Part shown: in pieces, positions 46,800-60,700 of the stretch
Position numbering within the stretch: position 1 is the stretch's first letter
Layout: every line of letters starts with the position of its first letter
Assembly (NCBI GenBank): GCA_950097015.1
Contig: CATNEN010000002.1
Coordinates: forward strand, 5,084,001-5,148,000
Length of the DNA stretch: 64,000 nt
Direction: 5' to 3'
Source of the DNA: Macrostomum hystrix
Lineage: Eukaryota; Animalia; Platyhelminthes
Translations under genes and position numbers: made by a program
The notes under the pieces: generated by a model
Databases searched by the model: none
What the model was told of the DNA's origin: nothing
Seen by the model: only the letters and a program-made list of their open reading frames with translations

Positions 46800-49700
46800 C
46801 TATCCGGTCCATCGCTGGTCCACGCTGTCGGCACTGAGCGGCCGTTCGCTGTGCCGAAGCCACAGCCGCTGGACCACAGTCGATGGCAGCCGTTGCAGGC
46901 CCAGGTAGGCGGCGTGAAGCCGATTGGTTAAACAGCGCACGGTGGCCTGAAGACAGGGAAAAATTTTGCGAAAATAAATTTGATAAGAGTCCTCATAAAA
47001 TTCAGTCAAAATACAATTACAGACTGAAAGGTAATTACAGACTGCGAGGTAATTACATACTGATAGGCTATTACAGACTGACAGGCTATTACAGACTGAC
47101 AGATAATTACAGAGTGACAGATAATTTCGGACGGAAAGGTAATTACGTCAGATAATTACACACTGAAAGGCGATTACAAAATGACAGGCTATTACAGACT
47201 GACAGGTAACTACAGACTGACAGGTAACTACAGACTGACAGGTAACTACAGACTGACAGGTAACTACAGACTGACAGGTAACTACAGACTGACAGGTAAC
47301 TACAGACTGACAGGTAACTACAGACTGACAGGTAATTACAGACTGACAGGCAACTACAGACTGACAGCAAGCCGCTCACCTGGCAAGGCAGCTGTGCCCT
47401 CAGCTCAGTCTCCAGCCGCTGCCGCAGTCCTGGCAGGAGGCTGACACCGCCGCAGAGCAGGACGCTGCGGGCTACGTCGCGTCGATAATCCACAGGGCAG
47501 GCCAGCACAGCCTGGCGGATGGCGCGGCTCAGAGCTGGCGCGTCGACGCCCAGGAGCTGCGGGTCGAATATCGCCTCCACGCTGGCGAAGCGGCTCTCGG
47601 AGTGGGTCAGCTCCTGCGAAGCGGATGGGAACAAGCTTAAGAAAGCTGAAACAGCACTATTCCCTTAACAGTAGAAAGAGCACGGGCCGCTTCACGATAG
47701 CTCCCTAATCGAATGACCGATTTTAGTGACAGCCCATCATCTGAATGAAAATATTCAGCCATTTACGAGTGACGAGAATCGTTGGATATCTCGACGATGC
47801 CGATGGTTTGTGGAAGTTGTTTCATTGGAGAGAGGGGAAATTTCAGCCAGTTTTCAGCCAGAAAATGTTGGAAGATACAGAAAAATGTGGGCAATTGAAA
47901 TATCACAGCGGCCTTCTCTACTGTTAAATACTGAATCCCACCTCACCTGTCTATAATCTGCGGGCACTGCATAATCGGCTAGGCTAATGGTGGCCTCATA
48001 TTCAGCTTCGGCTTCCTGGCAGCGCGTCAGGTCCTTCTCGTAATCCTGACTGACGTAGCAGCTGCGCTCCAGAGCCAGGCGAACCAGCAGCTGCTCAGTT
48101 GGGGAGTGCAGCCGGTAGCGGTACCTGGCCAGGCCTGTGGACAGGTGCTGGCTTAGCCTGTGGCCGCCAATGTCTGGCTTGAGACACCCGGCCAGCACGG
48201 GAGAGTGCTCCAGGTGGGCGGCTACCTCAGCCTTGGAGTGCGGAGAGAGGTGATGGATTACAGAATTTCTTGATGGATTACAAGATTTGATGATGGATTA
48301 CAGGATTTGAGGATGGATTACAGGATTTGGTGATGGATTACAGGATTTGGTGATGGATTACAGGATTTGATGATGGATTACAGGATTTGATGATGGATTA
48401 CAGGATTTGGTGATGGATTACAGGATTTGATGATGGATTACAGGATTTGATGATGGATTACAGGATTTGATGATGGATTACAGGATTTGATGATGGATTA
48501 CAGGATTTGGTGATGGATTACAGGATTTGATGATGGATTACAGGATTTGATGATGGATTACAGGATTTGATGATGGATTACAGGATTTGATGATGGATTA
48601 CAGGATTTGATGATGGATTACAGGATTTGATGATGGATTACAGGATTTGGTGATGGATTACAGGATTTGATGATGGATTACAGGATTTGGTAATGGATTA
48701 CAAGATTTGATTGTGGATTACAGGATTTGAGGATGGATTACAGGATTTTGTGATTGATTACAGGATTTGATGATTGATTACAGGATTCGATAATTCATTA
48801 TAGGATTTTATTGTAGATTACAAAATTAAATAACAAATTACAGATTGAACGGTAGACTACCGAATTAGAGGTTATAATACAGAATCGGTTGGTAGATTAC
48901 AGACCTGATAGCCGAGCTGCACGACCACCCCGGATGAGCAGCCGTAGGCCAGCAGGCAACTCAGGCTCTGGCTCGCCATGGCAACAGCGTCAAGTCCCAG
49001 CCGGTCTAGCAGCAGGTCGGCTAGAAGTCGGCGCGACGCGGCGGAAGTCTCGCGCGGCACAGCGACCAGCGCGGAGCAGCGGCGCACGTCGACAGAGGAG
49101 CCGCCGGCAACGCCGAGTCCTCGCAGCAGAGGCCGAACCGCGGCTTCTAGCAGGGCCTGCAGGGCACCAGGCGGCTGCTGGAACAGCGGCACCGGCAGGC
49201 TGGTGTTCGGCCGCACTGGGAAGGCCAGTCGGCATCGGTCTCGAACCTCCGGCTGATAACTCGCCGCGCCTGTGGCCACCACCGAGCCGCTGTCGCGATC
49301 CAGAGCCACCACGCTAGGCATGTACACCTGCGGCACCGTGGCTGCAGAAGAGTTTATCAGAATGGAGTTATAAGCAAACTACACTAGTTAAACAGAGGTG
49401 TAAGTAGTAAGTAAAGAATTGACTTACTTTATTGTAAAAAATTATGAATTCTATTCTTAAAAATGGCTCGCTACTAAAGATAGTAAAAAATTATTCCATT
49501 ACACCTGCCCCTATTGGGTGATTGGAGTGATTTAACTGAAGCAACGCAGAGTTAAGTGTCTTTCAAAAGTCTAGAATCGAACCCACGATCTTTAAGTCAT
49601 GAGTCCGACGCTCTAACCACTAGGCCACAACGTTAGACTTATATTCTTAAAATCCCAAATATGTAGCTGTAAGTCTTAAAAACTCCATTCACGCATAATA

Positions 49701-50112
49701 AAATCCTTAAAATTCTTTCAATTTGAAAACCAAAAAAATCCCCTAAAAATGTTTTTACTCACGCTCTTCGTACATCCAGCCGGCTCGAATAGAGCAGCTG
49801 CCAATGTCCATTAGGATGATGTCCTGTCAGGAAATTGTGGTAATCAAGTAGTCCATCTACTGTACTCTAAGTAGCAAATAGCGAACATTTTAAATCAAAC
49901 AAATCCGACGAAGCTGCGAAATTTCTCACCTTTCTGCCCCGATAATTGATTGACTCAGCTGTGACCGGCCGCACGTAGAGAGCCTCGCTGATGTCAGCGG
50001 TGTGGGCTCGCAGGGCCGCCAGCCACTGACGATGCTCCTCGGCGCTGGCGCAGCGAACTGTGGTGAATCTGCCGCACTGAGATGAGGAGCGAATGGACTT
50101 GTGCTCAAATGT
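46800..50112 (-). CDS. Divergent actin-fold (actin-related) protein preceded by the C-terminal part of a PH-like domain; 5' exons not located
   Basis: Exons 50112-49930, 49823-49763, 49341-48905, 48231-47947, 47613-47380 and 46946-46800 splice in frame (449 codons). IILMDIGSCSIRAG (actin P1 loop), SQSLSCLLAYGCSSGVVV, ESRFASVEAIFDP, CPVDYRRDVARSVLLCGGVSLLPGLRQRLETEL. The first exon has the PH-type VRCASAEEHRQWLAAL. Confidence 0.85.
47015..47368. repeat. 18-bp minisatellite (GACTGACAGGTAACTACA) in the last intron of the actin-like gene
   Basis: About 10 clean copies at 47195-47365 plus degenerate copies leftwards. Confidence 0.95.
48248..48903. repeat. 20-bp minisatellite (GATGGATTACAGGATTTGAT) x ~27 plus degenerate copies filling an intron
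   Basis: Tandem copies directly visible. Confidence 0.97.
49500..49630 (-). mobile_element. SINE family 2 head fragment
   Basis: TGGCCTAGTGG A-box, GGTTCGATTCT B-box, then AAGACACTTAACTCTGC as in the 41690 copy. Confidence 0.7.
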
Positions 50113-50199
50113 CTGGCAGAATAGCAAACTTCACATTCTGACATGTCGCTATCACGGTACTTATTTCAGTATACCACCTTGATCCTTCCTTATGCCATC

Positions 50200-50810
50200 C
50201 CTATCATAGTGCATATCGTCCCTATCCTACTGTATCTCGTTCTTATCCTACTGTATCTCGTCCCTATCCTACTGTATCTCGTCCCTATCCTACTGTATCT
50301 CGTCCCTATCCTACTGTATCTCGTCCCTATCCTACTGTATCTCGTCCCTATCCTACTGTATCTCGTTCTTATCCTACTGTATCTCGTTCTTATCCTACTG
50401 TATCTCGTTCTTATCCTACTGTATCTCGTTCTTATCCTACTGTATCTCGTTCTTATCCTACTGTATCTCGTTCTTATCCTACTGTATCTCGTTCTTATCC
50501 TACTGTATCTCGTCCCTATCCTACTGTATCTCGGCCCTTATCCTACTATAACTCGTCCTTATCCTACTGTATCTCGTCCTTATCCTACTGTATCTCGTCC
50601 TTATCCTACTATAACTCGGCCCCTATCCTACTGTATCTCGGCCCTTATTCTACTGTATCTCGGCCCTTATTCTACTGTATCTCGCCCCTTATCCTACGAT
50701 AACTCGTGCTTATCCTACTGTATCTCGTTCTTATCCTACTGTATCTCGTTCTTATCCTACTGTATCTCGGCCCTTATCCTACAATATCTCGTCTCTATCC
50801 TACTGTATAA
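50200..50810. repeat. 21-bp minisatellite (TATCTCGTYCYTATCCTACTG) x ~28
   Basis: Tandem copies directly visible; produces the spurious LYLVPIL ORF. Confidence 0.97.
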
Positions 50811-51989
50811 AATATTTTTTTCTTTAATATTTAATTCTAAAGCTAATACACAGTTTTAATCGTAATCGAAGCCTTAAAAAGCAACAAAAAAGCAAGACTT
50901 TCAGTTGAAATTCTTTTAACTTAAGAAATATCTATTTAAACGAATTCTCAAAACTGGTACTCTGCTGCTGCAAGCCTTATTTGCACAGATTTCCAATTTA
51001 GATCGACAGCCTTCAGGCTTGAGAATCTTTTAAATTCTGGAGTCCCAAATATTTCTTGGAATTCGCCACGCAGAACTAAAATATCTGGGCAAAGGAAAGG
51101 ATTGAAATAAATTTTTGTCTTAGAAGCCAAAAACCAATGCCAAAATCCTTTGAAGATCAGAAATATTCTCGACAAGAAACTCTTAGTAGACAACAGAACC
51201 AACTACCCCAGCAGACGTGCTCAGAAAGCATTGTGATTCCCAGGGCAATATATGAGCAGATTAAAGCTATTATAGTTCTCGCGGATATATTGCAGTGCCG
51301 GCTGCCGCACTGAGAGCAAGATAAAACTGGTAGCCATGGCCTATACAGACAGAGAGATATAGACTCAGAGAGAGCTGGTAGTGAGAAGCTGCTGCTGCTG
51401 CTGCTGGGAGAACACGCGCACACAGAGCTGGGCCTATCTTTTGAGCGCTTTACCAGCTGTGTCTGTAATTTATTGAATTATGCAAATATGTCCCTCTCCA
51501 ACACATGGCCGCATGAAGGGGAGAGGAGAAAGGGAAAGCGAGAGGTGGCCACTGCGAGTTTTGTTTTGCAGTTTCTGCTGCATTAACTGCGGCCCTCCCT
51601 ATCTTTCGCACATTATTCCACTTTGTGTTTTAACGTATGTGTGACGAAGGCTTTTGTGCTGCTTTTAAAAAGCGAAAAGATGAAACGGCTTTAGAACTAC
51701 GCTTAGAACTTAGGCTGAAGGCTTTGGAACTACGTTACTAAAACAACAGAAGAAAAATTCACGCCTTAAAGACTGACGTGGCAATTTGCCTAAGTGGCGA
51801 GCGACACAGCAGCAGCAACAAGCTTGGCTTGTGGGATAAAAACAGAAAGTGCTCCAGTTGAAATGATAGTTCTAGCTTGCAATTTCAGTGCTTCGCCTAG
51901 CTTAAGGCTGGCTTTTTACCTGTTCTTTCTGGAGCAAAAGAACGAACGAAATTCAGATCGCAGAATGAGATGGAAGAGTACAGAAAGGA

Positions 51990-52148
51990 AAGGTAAATTA
52001 CAGAATCGGATGGTAGATTACAGAATCGGATGATAGATTACAGAATCGAATGGTAGATTACAGAATCGAATGGTAGATTACAGAATCGAATGGTAGATTA
52101 CAGAATCAGATGGTAGATAATAGAATCGGATGGTAGATTACAGAATGG
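51990..52148. repeat. 20-bp minisatellite (ATGGTAGATTACAGAATCGG) x ~8
   Basis: Tandem copies directly visible. Confidence 0.92.
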
Positions 52149-52704
52149 GATGGGACACATCAGTGAGGAGTGAAAAGTATGAGGTGAGGATAAGTGGATT
52201 TTTGTGATTGTGTGTCAAGCGTATCGTAGCCCATACTGTGCTCAAAATGGCACTCTCAGCCAGTTGGATACTCAAGGGCTGCAGGTCGCATTTTGCAGGT
52301 CTGATTGACAGCAGCGGCAGTGGCTGCGCCAAGGGCGGTTTTCATCCTGGGTATTGTTCTCAGGAGTGGCCGCAGAGTGAGATGGCAGGCACGCAAGCGA
52401 ATCCGGTGAGCAGATGTTGCACGAAGGCATGGGTTGGAATGCTGTGACCAGCGACTACCTGGCTGCATGACTATTTACATCCTCAACAGCTGGGCAATCA
52501 CTTACTGTCATCATCCACGCGACAGAGGGTCTGCAGGGTTTAAAGCCAGTCAAATGTAGCTGGCTCTCCGTCACACAGCTGTTTTAGGCTGATAAAATTT
52601 AGCAATCAACAAATAGTGAAACTAGATAGCTCTAAATTAAGTAGTCAGCAGTTTTTAAGTGCCTCGATGCAACAACCCCAAAACAGCCAAGGTCAGGTGA
52701 GGAT

Positions 52705-53335
52705 GAGGATAACCCCTTCCTCCCTATCAGTCAGGCAGCCACAACCCCCTTCCTCCCTATCAGTCAGGCAGCCACAACCCCCTTTCTCCCTATCAGTCAG
52801 GCAGCCACAACCCCCTCCCTATCAGTCAGGCAGCCACAACCCCCTCCCTCTCTATCAGTCAGGCAGTCACAACCACCTCCCTCCCTATCAGTCAGGCAGT
52901 CACAACCCCCTTCCTCCCTATCAGTCAGGCAGTCACAACCCCCTTCCTCCCTATCAGTCAGGCAGTCACAACCACCTCCCTCCCTATCAGTCAGGCAGTC
53001 ACAACCCCCTCCTCCCTATCAGTCAGGCAGTCACAACCACCTCCCTCCCTATCAGTCAGGCAGCCACAACCCCCTCCTCCCTATCAGTCAGGCAGTCACA
53101 ACCACCTCCCTCCCTATCAGTCAGGCAGCCACAACCCCCTTCCTCCCTATCAGTAAGGCAGTCACAACCCCCTCCCTATCAGTCAGGCAGCCACAACCCC
53201 CTTCCTCCCTATCAGTAAGGCAGTCACAACCCCCTCCCTATCAGTCAGGCAGCCACAACCCCCTCCCTCCCTATCAGTCAGGTAGCCACAACCCCCTTCC
53301 TCCCTATCAGTAAGGCATTCACAACCCCTTTTCTT
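52705..53335. repeat. ~33-bp minisatellite (CTATCAGTCAGGCAGCCACAACCCCCTTCCTCC) x ~19
   Basis: Tandem copies with variable C-run length. Confidence 0.95.
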
Positions 53336-56300
53336 CGCTAGCAATAAATCAGAAGCTCTAGTTACTGTTCCTAAAACACAATTAAAGGAAATGCCTTTAA
53401 GTCTGAAATACGAAAATCTTGAAATGACAACGCCAGGCAGCTGTTTATCTTAAAAATCGAAAGTCTAAAATCTTGATTTAAACAAACTTATGAAGCAATC
53501 CGGCAGTGTCAGCAAAACTAAAGCCAACAGCTGTTGTCTAACCGAAAGCAGCTGGACAACTAAGCAATTTTTCAAGATCCAACCTTCGCTACTTTTTTCT
53601 GTAACTGCAACTGTCACTTTCTGGAACTTGACACGCACAGAAAATAAACTTTTCTAGAATTACTTGTCTAGACCTTATTGACTTGCGGCGAAATGAACAG
53701 TATTCTAGGTTTAAAAAATATTAATTTTCGACGAAGACATGGCTTTCCCACGCAACGCCAAGAACTGCAAATACGAGTATAACAAAGTATAACAGAATTT
53801 TGCAGTATTCCTAGATAATTTACGATGAGCACTATTTAGCCAGCCATAAATTTTAATTTAGCTAAAACAATCCCATTATCATGTAGGTGATCTAAATCAG
53901 GCAGGTGATTTACAACCTCCTCAAGCTGCACATTTTAAGGGCCCGTACGGCTGGCAGATTAAGTTGAAAATAAGTATCTATAAATTTATGATCCCAGATA
54001 CACGTGGGTTAAGCTACATAATAAAACGAGCTAATATCGATGAAATTCTCAAACGAAAAGCCAATGAGACATGGGGCATGAGTTAGACGCAAGCGAGTGG
54101 GTCATAGGAATAGAGAGATCACAGTCACAGCACAATGGCGATGCGGGAAAGTTGCATTGCAGAGAGCAGGCGCAAATACAAAGCGAATGAGCTTGAGTCT
54201 CCCATTTTCGTATTTTGAAACTGCAGTGGAAGCAGACAGAAAAAAACCACAGGAAGACGCGGTACGCCGCCAAGACACGGGTAGCAGAGGTCCGCACAAT
54301 GACAACTTCCTGAGTAGCGTACTCAAAAAAGCTATTTTACTACTTCCTATTGAAATATGCGCGGATGAGTGCCATTGTGTCGCAAGCAATCAGTAAACTG
54401 CTCAGCGGGTTAATAAAAAACTTGCTAACGCTTCTGATCAGTGTCTATGTGGAACTTTGGTAAGCACTGGAAAACACTGCGTCTCTATCGCTGTGGTAGC
54501 CTAGCGGTTACAACAATGAGTTACAACAATAATTTAGTACAAGCATCAGCTGGTGTAGACATTTTGGTGAGCGGCCTCCACAGTCCGCGGACTAAACAGC
54601 TGTACACAGCCTTTGAAAGAGCCGTACATGAAATGTAATTGTAAATGTTAATGTACGGAGAACTATCTGTCTCCCTGAGATTTTTTGAAATCTCCTTGAG
54701 CTTTTTCTACAACTCCTTGAGATTTAAAAAAAATTCCTTGAGGTTTTTTAAGCATTCCTTTATGTATTCTCCTTTAAGCATTCTTTGGATGGCTGAACGA
54801 CATAGGTGCGTAGCTGTTCGTAGTACCGAATTTCTACTAGCCCAATCATTCTTTCGTCAGCCTTAAGAACTGGCACTCCCAGAGCAGTCGGCAAAGTATT
54901 GTGGCAAGTGTTTGAGAATAAACTAGAGACGTTGGGAAAGAGAGCCAATTGAATGCTTCCTAAGTTGCTCTCTTCCATCCATTCTTCACTGGCCTCTCCA
55001 CCTGTCCTTCAAATCGAGCGGGCAAACTGCAGAGACGGCAGAGAAGCCCAGTCACTCTCTCTCTCACCCTTGTCTCACACTACTCATTTCATAGATTTCT
55101 TTGCCCCTACTTTGGAAGGCTTTCTAATCAGACGGAGAGGAAAAACACCTCAGCAAGAAGGAAGGAGGAGGAGTTGACATCAAATAAAGGCGCGGGTAGA
55201 GGCGAGCAGTGGCGAGACTAGCTCATGTCACGTGACTTACAGATTTTTCCCGGAGAAAAATGGAACGAGGAGGAATGCAGGGCTAACGAATTGGGCGGTG
55301 GGTTGAGAGTTTAATCAAGGGGCCACAATGATATCGCAGGGCATTTTACTTTACTGCTGCAGGAGATGATTAAGAAGTCCAACATTTGAAAAGAAACTTG
55401 CCTCCAAAGACGGCAGAAAAAGAAGATTAAAGAAAATGGATGATCGGCTTTCATCAGGATTAACAAGCGGCTTCGATATAGGAAAAGCTTATTATCCTGA
55501 TAGAAAAGTTCTGGATTCATGAAAGCGAACAAGAACGAAAGTTTATACTCTGAAAAATCCTAAAAATGTAATATTGTGTTTCCTAAGATTCGAAATTGCT
55601 AAAGCGAATAAACTAAACTATGGGGTCAGGAAAGTCTAAAAAGATAGATAGACACACACAGTCGACATGGACAATTGAATTATACGAGTAGAAGGCAAAA
55701 GCTCTGGGCTATGAAGCTACTTTTTCTGATAGAATAACAGACTACGAGTATAAGATGGGGACACAGATAAGATATTAGAAAGACAAATCACCTTCGGCCT
55801 TCCTAAAAAAATGTGCCCATAGCGACAATAATTATTGTCTCTTATTTGGTTTCGTCTTTTATTAGCGTAATAGGCTATACCAAACAACGTCAGCATTTGA
55901 TACAGATTAAACGTTCTTGAAGCGACTGAAAAGGTCTCCAAAGCGTCAGGATGTTGTGGAACAAATTGTATCTAACAGAATCCTAAGGTGCACTCGTATA
56001 TTGTTCTTTGTTTTAAATAATTTCGAACTGGCGACTCTGCTTGGCTTTTACAACGAAATGGTCGCGTCTCGGAGGACGCCATGAAGAGCTTATATAGAGG
56101 TCCCAGAGTCGTTATAGAGTCTTCATTTGAAGGGTCCTTAAATGCTATCACATTCTACTCTGACTCGAAGTTCTACTGACACTACAACCAGTTTTTACTC
56201 ATTATTGTGCTCAAAGTTATAATCAGAATTTGCCAATCCGTTAGCTGTGGAAATGTTTTGCTCAAGGCCAAAGTACTCACAGCAATTAGCAAGCTAAAAC

Positions 56301-57792
56301 TTGGAGGAGGAAGTAACCAGATGAGTTTAGCCCTCTTGGCAGCTCATTAGTTAGCTGATGTGAAGCTGCATGAAGGGGGCATTGTGCATACGTTGCAAAA
56401 AAGAACTGTCGTGCCAATTAGCCCGCCCAGCGACGGGAAAATGTTGACTTGAAAAAAGCCAATAAAATAAGAATTAAACGACAATGAAGGAACGATAGCC
56501 GCTCAATTACTTGGGGAGTGTGGATTTCTATTTAAAGATAGGTAAGGATGACGCCAGTGTTTCAGGCTGGCCAAGCACTCTGGGAATAGTTGGGAATAGT
56601 GCAGTCAGTTTTGGGAAGAGCAGCATGGGATAATTATGTTTGCTGCATCAGGTACCGACAATCATGAGGTGGAGGCAACGGCGTGAAGACATCAAATAAA
56701 AAAATAGAACAGCGTGCTCAGCTCAGCGGCTAGCTTAAGCCTAAATAAAGAGACGGCTAAAAGTGCCTTGAGGCAAGCTCGACTTAAGTATGTAGAAGGC
56801 CAAGAAGTGAGTGAGCGACCGAGTAAGCGACGTGGCAGATGCCGGGTCTCTCTGTTCACTGGTCTGCCCAGCGGGTGTGAGAGTGTGCTCAAGTGAGTTC
56901 GTGACTCGCTCTGTCTTTCTTTAACTCTCTCTCAGCCCTCTCTTGGCACTACTCCAAAACTACTTTCCCAAGCTGTTAATGGAGTTGTAGTAGAGCAGGG
57001 CAGGGAGAACCAAACAAACAAGTGAAAAATACATCTGGCCGAGAAAAAAAAGTATTAGAAAAGGGAGGAAGCAAGTCTGCAGGCGGAAGCGAGGAAGAAA
57101 GAGCGGCCAAGAGAGAAATAGCGAGAGAAGGGTGAGAGACGTGACGTGATAGACTACAATTTGTCAGAATGGAATTCACACGTCAGTTTTTTCCCCTCGC
57201 TCATGGTACGAGCAGCATAACAGGGGTGTATATTTATACTCGTAGCTTTATAAGGGGAGTTGGAAATAGCTAGCTGTGACAAGGCGGACAACGTGCAGAA
57301 GTGCTTAAAAACAAACGTCATAAGCAATATAACCAGCAACAGCAGCAGAAGTGTCAAAGGGTGGGTTGGAAGGGTGGATAAAGCCCCAATTTTTTCAGCC
57401 GCCAACCAGTCGTTCAGTATTTCTCTCCTGCAGGTCTGAGACACTCAGCTGCTCTGTGCCACTCCCTGCCCAACAAGAGGGAGGGAAAGAGGGAGGTCTG
57501 ACACTGCGATGAGGTTGGAAGAGGACTAGAGGCAAAAAAACTAGGGGGGGACAGCTATGGGGTTGATGTAGAACAAACATCCCCTATTGGATGCTGGAGG
57601 CTAGTGCTGAGCATTTTAAAAGCCATCTACAGGGGAGCGGGTCCCGGGGACTATAAGAACCCGCTATAGGCCAGGAGTGTTGGCAAATCCGACACACACA
57701 GCTGTGAAGGAACACATTGCTACTCTCTGACAAAGCATCCCAGTTGAACAATGCCCAACAGAGGACCAGTTGGAAATATCCTCGGACCTGCG

Positions 57793-60700
57793 ATGACAGC
57801 CCAGCTGCTGCTGTTGCTGATTTGCTGCCTTAGCAGCGGAGTGGCTTCTGCTAGAGCTGGCGGCCTCTACCGCTGGGCCTGCGATCGAGTGCCAGACTGG
57901 GCAGTCAAGGAGCCGGAGATTGGCGACGGAGGCTACGAACTGCAGGTGCTGCCGATGAATGCCACGCAGCCAATGCCGATGGTGCACAGATTTGAGCCCG
58001 GGGCCACCTACAGGGTGATGATAAAGACTCGCTATCCGGGAGTTGTATTTAACAACCTCTACTTGACAGCCGTCAAGCAGTCAGTGTCGCTGCGATCCGA
58101 GTACATGAACGGCGTCGGCCAGTTCAGACACCTGCCAGCTCCGGCAAGGACGCAGAGCGATCCTGACTGTCCCGGCGTGGTGACCGGTATCGAGTCGGCG
58201 AGGCGAACCAACCAGTTTACACAGGTTGAGGTTAGTAAGGACTAGCGTAGTGCCCAACAAACTAACCAGAACTTTAAAGAAAAACTAACAAAAATAATAA
58301 CAGAAATTCGCTCTCCATCCTCTTCAAGGTGCACTGGACAGCTCCGTACAGTACTGGCAGCACAGCTGATTGCGTCTCATTTCGTGCGACTGTGGAGTAC
58401 GACCGAGAGTACTTCAAGGATCAGGGCATGCTCACAAAAGACATCTGCCCATCGATGGAGTCGCATGCGCCGATGCCGGCCGATCAGCCTGCGCAGCCGC
58501 CGCCGCCAACGCTGCCTCTATCATCCTCTGCACGAGAAGGTGGCGACTCTTCAGCAGCAAGCGGCCAGCTACTGGACATGATGAAGATGCGCCGGCGTCA
58601 CATTGAAGAGTGCTGCGCCTGCGGCCACGCCGTCTATAGGATGGAGATGCGCGGCGTCTGGACTAGGCACAATCACCCGAACGAGTTCCCGACAGAGAAG
58701 CATGACTCGCATTGGACTAGCATCATCGGTAAGTGTGGACTCAAACATGAGAAACACAAATTCGTCAAACAGAAAATATAGGATTCTGTTCATATCCTGA
58801 GAATTTCTAGAACATAATCGATACCGACTCAGGCGTTAGAAAGTCTTCATCTTTCCGTTCTAGATCTGTAAGGCTTCAATTTCTTGACGTCGTTCTCGCT
58901 GCTTCTGTTTCCGACAAATAGGCAAGAAACTGCAGCCAAGATCGAAAGCCTATAAGCAGGCTGCCACAGTATCAAGACAAGGCTTCAGGGACACTATAGG
59001 CTTCAGCGGTGCACGTGGCATCGACTAGAGTAGGCCGAAATTTTGCGTGTTTCAACCGGGATATTAGCAGGAACATTTGCAGGACTGGAAAGGGATGGAT
59101 CAGTAACAGGTGAGTCAAGCAGATCTAGGGAAACGATGTTGTCAAAGATGAGCCAGCAAATGAAAGGCAGAATGAAAAAATTCTCCGGTCGATGCTGGCG
59201 ACGCTTGGCGTGCAACAAGCGGCCTTGCGTGTGGACCATTGATTTCCATTTCGAAGCCGTCTAAAATAGCTCAGCCCGTGGCCGGAATTAATTGGAGGCG
59301 GAGGAGGAAGTTGATTATCGCCGGGCGCATCAAATTCAGCGACCCTTCAGTTTCGGCGTCTTGCCACACGATGAGCGGAGGGTGAATGAAGGACTGGATC
59401 AATAGGGGCACGGCAGCTAACGATCGGCTTCGACGAGGCTTTATTTTCGATGGCGTAGACGTCGCAGGCCGTCACTCCCGCGAGGGCCCAGCGGTAAACA
59501 GCGGAACGACCGAACAAATTCATAAGCTGTGCCAATATCACTTTGATAGACTAAATCAAAAGCCGAGAACGTCCAGTGGGTTTATCCCATCAGAATGCAA
59601 ATCAACTAGGGCATGTAGGAGCCTCACTGGTTCAACTCTTCTTAACTGTTCAAGCCATTGAAACTTTCTTACAACTTTACAGGCGTGACGCACTCGCAAG
59701 CCTACAACATATTCTACATTGGCGGCAAGGCCAAAGCCGGGGTCAAGTCGGTCTGCGAGACTGGCGACACCACGCAGCTAGAGAAGGAGTTCAAGGAGAA
59801 GGGCCGGTGGAACATTCTTAATGTGATCAAGACGCACGGACTATGGGGCGAGGACAACCTCGGCGATACTCGGTAGGGCACTGATTCGCTTAATTTACTG
59901 TTTCTAAAATTGTGTTTCCCAGTCTGAGGGTTGATCAAGGTCACGAAAAAGCGACGCAATTTTTAGGTCAGACATCATTCCACCCAAAGTGGCTCACAGT
60001 TAAGGACATTAGCCGGGAATGAGAGAGCTTCGATCTGGGAAAGCAAGCATAAATTTTGTTCCGAGCAATTCGAATTATATTGCCAAGCTCCCAGTGCAAG
60101 CAACCTGCAACTTCGAGAACGAAGGCTGAACGAATTAAGCGGCGGAATCGCGCGGGCTGTTGATCGCAAAAGAGGCCGTCGCACCGGATTTGGTTAAGGT
60201 CTAAGGCCCGAGCAACAAATGAATGCAATTTCGCAACAGAATTTCTTTGCTCGATGACTCCATGAGGATCAGGGAGGCGGGCAGGCGGGCGGATGGGTTG
60301 AAGGAATGGAGGGCCATCGCTAGCGAGCCTTGAACAAGGAGCAATTATCTGATGGTCTCGACACACTGCGTGTGCTCTGTATATTGATTTCCTGCCGCGG
60401 AGTCTGTGAGGGTGCTAGGGAAAGATTGAGTCGCACATGGACGAGTGCGAGAGTGAGGCATGGCACTTTCACACGCAACAGCTGCTCTCCAGGGAGACAG
60501 TCAAAGTCGGCTATTTGACTTAGCAGACTAAAAAATACATTATTAGACCATGTCTCATCGGAGGACAAAACACAGCGCCGGATCGGGGTTAGCTGGGGAT
60601 TATGAGTTCCGATTAATCCCAAGAGATCTAGTGGATCTAAGATTAACATTTTACCCCTTTGTCATATCTTGCCATTATATATTTTAGATTTTGTGTTTGA

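Noticed and set aside
50143-50859. 238-aa hydrophobic ORF (LYLVPIL)n, and ORFs 52616-53218, 47181-47444 and 732-1100
   Set aside because: These are translations of minisatellites in introns or antisense to genes, with no coding features outside the repeat.
52230-54400. GC-richer patches at 52.2-52.5 kb, 51.2-51.4 kb and 54.05-54.4 kb as upstream exons of the actin-like gene
   Set aside because: No frame gave PH-like sequence with convincing splice sites; left uncalled.
59985-60100. Possible THAP remnant (KHKFCSEQF) in spondin intron 3
   Set aside because: The C2CH ligands and spacing are incomplete; there is only a short motif resemblance.
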